Assembly: GCA_043228905.1 (NCBI GenBank)
Contig: JBHGNT010000004.1
Coordinates: 25,420,001-25,484,000, forward strand
Source of the DNA: Azolla caroliniana
Taxonomy: Eukaryota; Plantae; Polypodiophyta
DNA: 64,000 nt
Direction of reading: 5' to 3'
Positions 54,421 to 64,000 of this stretch are shown one piece after another (positions within the stretch are counted from its first letter, which is position 1; each line of letters begins with the position of its first letter). A program made the translations under genes and the position numbers. The notes beneath the pieces are model-generated. The model saw only the letters and a list, made by a program, of their open reading frames with translations, was not told where the DNA came from and searched no databases.

Positions 54421-54824
54421 TTTGTATGTATGTCATCATTATTTGTCACTAGGTTTTATGCCAATCCCCAACATAAAAAGTGATGAACCAAATGAAATGG
54501 AGAAGAGAGCATATATTCTTTAATAGACCCAAGCTTCATAGTTTTAAAAGAAAAAAAGGAATACTCTCAAGGTTTGCTAATTTGAAGGTAAGGCTTCTTC
54601 TTTTCGTGGACAACTAGTAAATTCATTCATCATTGTTGAACTGCCATTGTTATGTACGTATCTATCTTGCGTTTATGCTTACGTATAATGCACCGATGTA
54701 TTTGTATATTGTAATGAATGTACTCATCTATAGTTTGTATCCATATATGCTATATGTAATGTATGTACGTATTTTCTATTTTTTATGTATGAATTTGTAT
54801 ATATGTATGTACACATGTATCAAC

Positions 54825-54855
<31 letters not shown>

Positions 54856-54874
54856 TGAATATATGAATATGTGT

Positions 54875-55560
54875 TTTTTTTTAGTAACACTTTTATTACT
54901 ATTGGGAAACCTCAAAGTGAGGTGAGACCCCACAAAGAATAAAGAGAAATATACAAGTGTCGATTAGACACTAAAGAGTGTAAATTTGCAATGTGATGTC
55001 TCTAAGTTGCAGACAATCAAATAGAGATTGCCTGAGGAATTACTTAAAGAAGCTAACTTCATGTAGTTGGTTTTGATCAAAGACATTATTGTGTGCCATC
55101 CAAATGGTTCAGAGTGCCCAAAATCTTGTGCATTGGAGAAAAATAGGCCTCGCTAGATAGGGTGCACGGAATTTGTCCAAATAGCCAAAAGTGTTTCCCA
55201 AACCTTCGGCCAAGAAATTTGTGAGAAAAAGATCCACTTAATATTTGTACAAATGTTTGTAGTGAATGAGCAAGTCCATAATAACTGTGGCACTATTTCC
55301 AATCGTCCACCACATCTTGCACAACACGGTGAGGCTATCTATCGCTTTTGAAGATTCGACCCAGTCAAGAGCACATCCAATAGGCATCTCCGTATGAATA
55401 CCCGTTGCTTAAGTGAAAGACCACAACTCCATAAGCTTGTAAGCATGTTTTTCCACCATGAGTGTGTTTTGTGTAGGTGCCATAATGCATTTGCATGTTC
55501 GTCAAACCACGGGGCAAGTTGCCACAACATATACATTGAATGTGTTGTAACCTTATTCAT
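54875..55560 (-). mobile_element. LINE 3' fragment
   Basis: Broken zf-RVT-like frames (LWSCGLSLKQRVFIRRCLLDVL) lead to the poly-A end shared with 34675. Confidence 0.65.
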
Positions 55561-56255
55561 TGATTGACCCATCCATCCGTAATATTCATAATATTCGTAA
55601 TATTCGAGAATACAAAATGACCCCAAGAATATTACAGAACCATTTGTTTTAAATTTACATAATAAAAATTATTTAATTTACTAAAAAAAGAATTAATTCA
55701 CTAAAATATTAAGTTATTCACTAATAATCAATTAATTTTCTAAAAATATTAATTAACTCATTAATAATTAATTAATTAGGGTTCCTAATTTCAGCCAAAA
55801 TTAGGGTTTTAAGAATTAAAATATTTATTAATTCACTAATTGTGAATTAATTTACTAAAGATATTAATTAATTAAGGTTCCTAATTTCAGCCAAAATTAG
55901 GGTTTCAAGAATTAAAATATTAATTAATTCCCTAATAATGAATTAATTTACTAAAACATTAATTAATTCATGAATAATTAATTAATTAGGGTTCCTAATT
56001 TCAACCAAATTTAGGGTTTTAGCAAAACCCTGAGTTTGGAGGCCAAGAACAATATGTAGGTGTCTCTCAGAAGATGAGGAAGAGGTGAGGATGCATGCCA
56101 ATGTCGTGTTAAATATGCTACACTAAGAGAAAACTATATTTTTCATTGTTACACTTATCTATGTAAATTTTTATTCATGAGAGCTCAAATGAGCGAGATA
56201 TCATGCATCACATGCATTTCATGTCTTGTACCCTCACATGCATCGGACCATCTAT

Positions 56256-56895
56256 TCGCAATGGGCCCGGTTTCGGCTCAAACCGAACCGAACCGAAAAA
56301 CTGTGGCTTAACGGTTTATAGGTTTGAAGATAAATAAACAGTTTAGTTTGGTTTCAAATGTTACTAATCGGTTTCAATTCAATTCGGTTCGGTTTTAAAT
56401 TTACCGGTTTAGAGGTTTGTCAGCTTATTGGTTTCTGTTTATGTGGTTTCGTTAAAGGTTTATAGGTTAAAAAATACTCATAAACTTTCAACTTTTAATT
56501 TTAAACTCTAATTTTAACTTATTAAATTTGATATGCGTTATATGTAGAGTCTCCTTTTCATTTATGATCATCAAATATGATAAGTATAATGATCAAATTT
56601 ATGATCAGTATAATGACAAAATTTATGATAAGTATGATGAATAAATTTATGATGCTTTTCTCACACAAATTTATAATAAGTATGATGATTAATATCAATA
56701 AAAAATGGTTTGGTTTGGTTTGGTTTAAAATTTTTCGTAAACAACATGGTTTGGTTTCTCCTATTCTTAAAACGGTTCAGTTTAAATGGCTTCAAACAAT
56801 TTAAACAGTTTGGTTCGGTTTTTATTATTAATAAAATGGTTTGGTTTGGTTTGGTTTCAAGGCCAAGAAACCGAATCGAACCGGGCCCATTGCTA
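56256..56895. mobile_element. hAT-type MITE (~640 bp)
   Basis: TIRs T[C/A]GCAATGGGCCCGGTT, a near-perfect 8-bp TSD CCATCTAT / GCATCTAT, and dense AACCG/CGGTT and GGTTT subterminal repeats. Confidence 0.85.
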
Positions 56896-57128
56896 GCATC
56901 TATATAAGAAAGGAAGACAAAAGAAGGAAGGGCGCTATTCGGAATAGCAAACCTTAGCGTATCTCCAACTACACTCTTGAGTGGCAGTTGAACGGGGAGT
57001 ATCATGAATGGGATGCCAGTAGAACAATTAGCCAAACGTGTTGGGCAATGTCAAGCTTTCTCCCTACCGTGTTTCCCCCTGTGTGTTGAGGATCCAAAGT
57101 GAGTGCATCGGGGATAAGGGAAACTGGG

Positions 57129-57205
57129 ACTGCCATTTTCTTGGTCTACCCAATCGATCAAGGAAGTTTCTCTAATGGTATGCCTTTAGGCATTTCTGGT
57201 ACTTT
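57129..57205 (+). pseudogene. psbA: Nuclear plastid-DNA fragment of psbA (photosystem II D1)
   Basis: Translates as [25 protein letters not shown], versus the D1 consensus [26 protein letters not shown]. Confidence 0.85.
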
Positions 57206-57970
57206 AAGGGTAAAACGAGCCTCACACGATGCACCGTAGATGTAATTACCATAACCATTACAGAAAGAAAGAATTAACACTTTGAGGTGGAATAGGTTAT
57301 GTTAAAATTGATTTCAAACCATCTACCAAGAGTTATAACAACCCAGATGATCCCACCACATTAAGACCCTTTCAACGTTACATGGAAGCCATGACTTTAC
57401 GTTCGATTGACACTGGAAAGACTACTCCTAGTAAAAGTAATATAATGATTCCAAAGATTTTAGCTTGGAGACGAAGGATATACGGCTTCGTTTTGTCAAC
57501 TAAGATATGTTTCAAGAAAATGCCTTCAAAGCATCATTAGAGGGACTTGCATTGGCAAAGAGACACATCTTTCGAATAAACTAATTACTCGATCAATTCT
57601 TCTTTGAAGAAGAATTCGATAATCAACTTGCCTAGCTTGGACAACCAACAATTATTAATATCAACTACAACCCTAAAACACATAGATATACTAAATCCTC
57701 GACTTGTCCGTTCTTTGGTGAGGGGGGAGGGGGGGCAAACCATGCCTAACCCTTGATCTGTAGTTTAGACTTAAAAAGGGGTACAATACAAAGTAAGTGT
57801 TATGAATCAAAAAATTAATAATAAAAACCTAGATATCTCATTGGCAATTTATCTTGTCTCTCAAAATTGAAGCCGAGTGTTCAAAACCAAAATAATAATA
57901 ATAGTTCTTGTACTTAATCTTCGTCAACATCTTCTTCTTATCCATCCTCTTCTCAACTATACTAATTTTT

Positions 57971-58031
<61 letters not shown>

Positions 58032-58417
58032 TGCTTTCTCACTTACACTAGTAAAAACATCGAGTCCTTCTAGTTCAAGACCCCGGTGATTCTGCTTCAT
58101 TTCATGAACACACGAGGATATCCTCGACACTGAGAAGAAGAACTATGGTTGAAATTAGGGTTTTGACTGGAACTAGGGTTTTCAGCCAAAACCCTAATTT
58201 GCAAGTGGAGAGCAGGATGCAAGGGGAGGCGAGGGTCTAAGCATCACGGACAAGATGCAGGGTGCGGCCTCTTCGCTAACTTTTTGGTGTTGCTCGCTCA
58301 CAGTAGGTAGCATTAAAAAAAAATGATTTCTTTTTCAAAAAAAAAGTTTTTAAAAAATGAATATTGTTACTTGTATTCGTATGCATTCGTGGGGCCTGCC
58401 CCACGAATGCGAATATG

Positions 58418-58685
58418 TCAATCTATGATTGGAATAACAATGTTGCCTTTTTGTAACATCCAGTCCTGAATCTTGTTATCTCCATCTAGAGGTGGCACAT
58501 GTACTAAGGAAAGTACCAACTTTATGACTTGATTCCAGGTAACGCGGTGATGTGGCCCAAGACTATAACGACATGTCATGTCATTGAAGCCTAATAGGTG
58601 ACCTTGGTCATTTACCACATCTACAATTGATTTCAGCCCCTTCTTTGCTAAAAAATAAGCTTTCATAGGCTCTTGTTCAACTAGT
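58418..58685 (-). mobile_element. Short LINE ORF2 fragment
   Basis: YFLAKKGLKSIVDVVNDQGHLLGF...YSL resembles the region after the RT domain in LINE ORF2. Confidence 0.45.
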
Positions 58686-58877
58686 ATATGTATGAATATA
58701 TCTATGTGCATATGCATGCATGATGTATGTATGTATGTATGGATGTATGTACATGTGTGTGGGTGTGTAAGATATCCCTTCATTAGTATAAACAAAGATG
58801 CATATTTTTTATTTTATTTTTCTAAACAAGATATCCTTCCATTAGTTTTAAAAAGCATATCTGGTACAAAATACAAC

Positions 58878-59786
58878 CAATAGCTCAGCGTTGCTGCTTC
58901 CATCAACACCTTTGTTACAAAAGACATCAAAAGCTTTAGTTAGAGCCTTGTGAAAGAGGGAATGATGTACAGAGCATTACTCACATATTGCAGATATTTA
59001 TCATGCAATTCAAACACATTCTGTACAAATGCCTGGTCTAATCCAGTTACAACATCCTTCTTCTCAACCTTTTTATTGCTTGTTGTATCTTCTGCTTGCT
59101 TTACTAATGTCATTCCTTCATCGGTGATATGCTTATTGAAAAAGTTTGCAATGGGAACAGAGACCTTTCGTTATTTTACAAAATAATCGATACATCCTTG
59201 ACAGCTCCTCCACCTTGTTATCTCTCCGCAATGCATGGCATCCTGAATGCTCCTTTTCCAATAATTGTTGCTCATATTGGGTAAGAAACTCATGTTGAAC
59301 TTTCTCCAATAGTTTTGGTTCACTGCTTGCATGTAAATAATGCCCAACTCTTTCTTTTTCTCGCTTCATTACGCCAAGTACCTGAAAACATTAGGTTTCT
59401 CCGTGTCTCTCTTCAAGTATTCCCTTACAATCAAGTCTTCAATCCTCTTCTTGATAATCTTGAAATCAAGCTTGAACATCCGCCCAAGTTGTCACACATT
59501 ATAACATTAGTTGTTGATGTGGTACCACTTTTCTACTCTTCATTATTCTTACAATAGATGCTTCAATTGCATCTTGAAAGTCAAATCATTCACCATACCC
59601 TCCAATTTTGGAGGTAAAATGACCTCCACACTGTTGCTTCAGCTTTGTGAGAATACTCCGTTTATGATCATCATTTGCACTCCTGTCAAATAGAAGCCTC
59701 CAATCAAGCTTCTTCCTGTAGAATTCTGCAAACAGATCCTTATCACTGATGTATGCAAGAAGCTTAACAACCTTCTCAAGTGTTTC
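58878..59786 (-). pseudogene. CUL1: Intronless, rearranged cullin-1 pseudogene (three segments out of order)
   Basis: 59786-59580 encodes [27 protein letters not shown]...[13 protein letters not shown]. 59573-59369 encodes DAIEASIVRIMKSRK...[25 protein letters not shown]. 59368-58878 encodes [26 protein letters not shown]...[22 protein letters not shown]. Confidence 0.9.
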
Positions 59787-59879
59787 AAAATCATTCGAAA
59801 AGCACAAACAACCATCTAATGAAGTGAGATTTACACACACAGTTAAAACACCTAGAAAGTTCACTACATGAGGTTTTGT

Positions 59880-60173
59880 ATTCTCCTTCTTGAAAAATAT
59901 GAAAGTGACCTCATCTGGCATTACACCTTCATGTTGCAATTCAATAAAAAGAGGAAATGCGTCCTCTTTTTCCCCTTGTTTGTTGCTGCTATATGCTTCA
60001 CGTAAAGTATTCCAAGAGACTACAGTCATCTCATACATATCTTCAAATGTCGATGGAGCTTCTTCCAAAGCACCACATTTGCCATACATATCGATGAGTA
60101 AAGTACTAACCATGACATCTTTTTCAATCTCATCCCAAACCACATGTTCATGAATAATATACCCATCTCTCAA
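59880..60173 (-). pseudogene. PLS-class PPR fragment fused in frame to the CUL1 remnant
   Basis: [19 protein letters not shown]....VVSWNTL..AY and GVMPDEVTF are PPR motifs within ORF 59586-60173. Confidence 0.8.
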
Positions 60174-60418
60174 TGACCCTCAAGAAAATATGCTTCAACC
60201 CCTACACCTTCTTCACTCATCCTTATAACAAAAAATTATTCTACTCATCTACTCATGGTAGCCGGCATCAACCCCCCCACCATCCTCACTCATCCTTATC
60301 ACAGAAAAAAAATCTTCATTCAGTCACATCACCATCTTGCCGATTACCACCCAATTCCTGTACAAATAACAACAAAATGAGTCTAGAATCTCTACCGTCA
60401 TCATTACTCATCCTAATG

Positions 60419-60461
<43 letters not shown>

Positions 60462-61000
60462 CTCCCAAACGATGTACCAATGTCAACAAAATGATATTAT
60501 AGTAACCTCATCACCTCAAACAAACAATGCTTCGACCCACACACCGTTGTCGTGGAGAAAACCGTCCCTAGGCGTAAACCGAGTATAACGTGCGTAAACC
60601 GGCCCTTACACGTGGGCACAAGTTTTTTTATACAGTCCGTAGGTAGGTGGGTGAAAGCATGAGAGTGGAAACAATTAGCTATGTCCTTGACATAGCTAAT
60701 TAGCTATGCAAAAAGCTACCATTGATAAATAATCATTTTAGTAAAAAGTCATCATTAATAAATTAATTATGCAAAAAACTACCATTGAAAATACTAGAGT
60801 GTTTTAATTACATATGTAAATGAGTGCCATAAATGTGCAACATAAATTGATATGTGCACCATAAATGTGTACCATAAATTATATATCGAATTGCTAGGTC
60901 CATTATGCATGATCCTTTGCCACATCACGTAGGCCATCTCTAGTTGAATATTGTGGGTTAGTTGCTACCACTAATGCTAAACCCTATCGAGTCCACCTGC

Positions 61001-61529
61001 CGCCACTCTACACTCAGGGGCCGCTACTATGCGTTCCAAGCATCATCAAAGAGTTGTTCAATCTGACGGGGTTCTCTTCTCTGTGCCACTCTACACTCAG
61101 GGGCCGCTACTGTGCGTTCCAAGCATTATCAAAGAGCTGTTCAATCTGACGGGGTTCTCTTCTCTATGCCACTCTACACTCAAGGGCCGCTACTGTGCGT
61201 TCCAAGCATCATCAAAGAGCTGTTCAATCTGACGGGGTTCTCTTCTCTGTGCCACTCTACACTCAAGGGCCGCTACTGTGCGTTCCAAGCATCATCAAAG
61301 AGCTGTTCAATCTGACGAGGTTCTCTTCTCTGTGCCACTCTACACTCAGGGGCCGCTACTGTGCGTTCCAAGCATCATCAAAGAGCTGTTCAATCTGACG
61401 GGGTTCTCTTCTCTATGCCACTCTACACTCAGGGGCCGCTATTGTGCGTTCCAAGCATCATCAAAGAGTTGTTCAATCTGACGGGGTTCTCTTCTCTATG
61501 CCACTCTACACTCAGGGGTCGCTACTGTC
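61001..61529 (+). repeat. 83-bp tandem repeat, ~6.3 highly similar copies
   Basis: Unit gccactctacactcaggggccgctactgtgcgttccaagcatcatcaaagagctgttcaatctgacggggttctcttctct[g/a]t. The ORF track shows near-identical ORFs offset by 83 nt. Confidence 0.95.
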
Positions 61530-61821
61530 TAGTCCTGGATTGCTTCCACATTTCGATTTGACGGAGTTCACTCATCCAACGGCAACATTCTACACTCAGT
61601 TGTCGCCATTGGTAGGTCCTGGATCGCCTCCTCAACTGTTCGATCCAACAGAGTGAACTCCTCTACTGTTCGGTCTTGGATTGCAATAACTTTTCTATCT
61701 ATTGATTATCTTGTGTATTGTTGTGTCTAATCTTGTGTATTGTGGAATATTTTTGTGTATTGTTGTTGCCCATAACCATCTTAAATACTTGTTTTTTTTT
61801 CTGGAAATTTAGGGTTTTAAT

Positions 61822-64000
61822 ATGTCCAGCCAAATGGAAGGGGAAGAAGGGTGTTTAGAATTACCCCTCAATGATCATAAGGATAGGGATGATGCTATCA
61901 GGACACAACAAGCCATACGAAACTATTGGGCAGAAAAAAAAAAGGAAACATCGTCAATTGTTGAAGGATATGAAAGCCACACTCAGTAAAGGTAAGGATA
62001 GTTTAGCTGAGAATGTAAGTAATGCGACTACCATCATAGAGAGAAAGGTTGTAGACTATTTCAATGTTCAAACCAAGCACATCAGCAATGAAGAAAAGAA
62101 GGTAGTACTTTATGGAATATGTAATGATCCATCGATAAAGGACTTAGTTGATTGTGATGGTCTTAATGCAAACATATCATCTGTTTTAGTAAATAATCTT
62201 CGTAATAGTTTCGTATCCATGAGCAGGTCAAAAGATGATCTTGTCTTAAAAAGGTCTAGTCTAATGATGTTACTTAATAGTGATGTTGACGATATAAACA
62301 TCAGTGAGCTATCTAAGGTAATTGGTGTTAGTAGAAAAACAGTGTACAATACAATGAACCGTATAATTTCCTTGGGTGAAGGAACTACAAGATGTAAGCC
62401 AATGACACCCATAACATTTGAAATCAAGGATGTAATCACAATGTTTTGGACTAATGAGAGTAGGGTTTCACCCAATAAAAAGGATTTATGCAGGAAACAT
62501 GTTGGAAGAAATCAATACGAGGAGCATCCCATTCATCTTCTTGATGTACCTCAGGTATTTACATTTATCTCAACATTTGTTTTGACTCTACACGGAAAGT
62601 TAATTAGCTCAGTTAGCAAAAAAGCTAATTAGCTTATCAGTTACATTTACCTCAGTTAGCTACTAGGATAGCTACTACATAGGTAATTGGCTACTCTCAA
62701 TAGCTACTACCATGATAGCTAATTAGCTATTCTCAATAGCTAATTTAGTTACTACCAGATAATTAGCTACCAAAATAGCTAACTAGCTACCAGGACAACT
62801 AATTAGCTACTAGGAAAGCTAATTAGCTACTAGGACAGCTAATTAGCCACCATGATAGCTAATTAGCTACTAGACTAGCTAATTAGCTACCATGATAGCT
62901 AATTAACTACTAGGACAGCTAATTAGCTACAATGACAGCTAATTAGCTACTAGGACAACTAATTAGCTACCATGACAACTAATTAGTTACCAGAATAGCT
63001 AATTAGCTACTAGAATAGCTAATTAGCTACCATGATAGCTAATTAGCTACTAGGATATCTAATTAGCTACTAGGATAGCTAATTAGCTACCATGATAGCT
63101 AATTAGCTACTAGGATAGTTAGCTAGTTATGAGAATAACTAATTCCCCTTTATTACGCAGGTCGATTTATTTATTAGGTTCAAACGAATGCATCCAAATA
63201 TCAAAGTTCAACCACAAACATTCGAGTCTCTTAAGCCACACTTTGTGAGACGCTTAAAGGATCGATACACATGTTGTTGCATTTACCATGTACAGATGGG
63301 TTTTCTGAAGGACTCTATTAATCTACTGCGTCACCATAACGCATCCCTAACTAATACAGTTTGCACATGTGGGTGCCCAATCTGTCGATCAAGCCCGCAA
63401 GAGGAGTGTAAATCATCTAAGCACGTTATCTCTTCCATGAGTTATTTATTAGATTCAATATTGTGTCCGAGAGAAACTGACGCTATCTTCCATATTCATA
63501 AATGTGTCATGGGTTTATGTCAAGATTGTGGCCCTACTAGATTTAGGTGGTGTCCAAATGAATTGAGTAGTGAAATATTGATCTTTGTGAAGTTATTTGA
63601 GTTAGTGAACACCAATTTCGAAGGAAAGGTGTGTAAAAGAAAGGTCTAGTTCGGAAGATGCTTAAACCAAGGGATTTGGTGTCTCTGTTTGTAGTATCTC
63701 TAGGAAAGTTCATTAAACACAACTTCATTTATTCATGGCAAGCCCATCAATTTAAGACTTGCATATCTGATTTCCCAAATGATGTAGTAGTCTCAGTAGT
63801 AGATTTCGCAGAGAATTATACTTTCAAGCAGCAGAATGAAATTCAATCTATGCATTGGTGTTCAGTTCAGGTAACCATTTTTGTGCACATAACATATTTT
63901 CGAGTTTCAGGTGATGTTAAAAAAGTAATTCATTTCTTTATTTCTGATGATAAGAAGCATGATACCTTGTTCGTCCAACACTGTTTTAAGTTACATTGGC
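61822..64000 (+). mobile_element. DNA transposon with a DFAENY-type DDE transposase (Sola-like), one intron (62555-63160) and two frameshifts; runs off the window
   Basis: FWTNESRVSPNKKD...DVPQ|VDLFIRFKRMHPNIKV..TFESLKPHFV...TCCCIYH, a Cys-rich region, VVDFAENY..QQNEIQSMHW..QVTIFVH and FISDDKKHD. Frameshifts lie in the A-run at 61934-61943 and near 63645. The element probably starts near 60550. Confidence 0.75.
62620..63140 (+). repeat. ~20-bp minisatellite with a palindromic core TAGCTAATTAGCTA inside the transposase intron
   Basis: Repeated gatagctaattagctac[tag/cat] units; the same core occurs near 60690-60710. Confidence 0.92.

Noticed and set aside
55640-56030. TTAGGG-containing AT-rich repeats suggesting an interstitial telomere
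   Set aside because: Only isolated telo-box-like motifs occur within longer degenerate units; there is no tandem (TTTAGGG)n array.
61001-61529. Regularly spaced repeats resembling a CRISPR array
   Set aside because: The whole 83-bp unit is repeated with no unique spacers, no cas genes are present, and the context is eukaryotic.

Overview
Eukaryotic nuclear DNA from a land plant: AT-rich, GT-AG introns, plant-type Copia/LINE/hAT elements, PPR and plastid psbA fragments. The LINE types and the presence of FTR1 suggest a seed-free plant such as a fern, but this is inference. The first 24 kb holds four ordinary spliced genes, all on the + strand: TSR3 (5'-truncated by the window edge), a TraB/TIKI-domain protein, a GT34 (GMA12/MNN10-like) glycosyltransferase and a probably plastid-targeted alpha/beta-hydrolase. 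The most notable feature is two intact, intronless, visibly GC-rich genes (29950-30924 and 48525-49493, both minus strand). They encode fungal-type FTR1 high-affinity iron permeases with both REXXE motifs and TATA boxes. This family is not part of the seed-plant iron-uptake toolkit. Degenerate non-coding repeats between the two genes suggest a once larger tandem array. The rest is transposon-rich: three hAT-type MITEs with 8-bp TSDs, two solo LTRs with 5-bp TSDs, decayed Copia and LINE copies, an intronless and rearranged (circularly permuted) CUL1 pseudogene joined to a PPR fragment, a psbA fragment, and a frameshifted DFAENY-type (Sola-like) transposase with internal 83-bp and 20-bp tandem repeats at the right edge. 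Exon boundaries and alignments were read by eye; no database searches were run.
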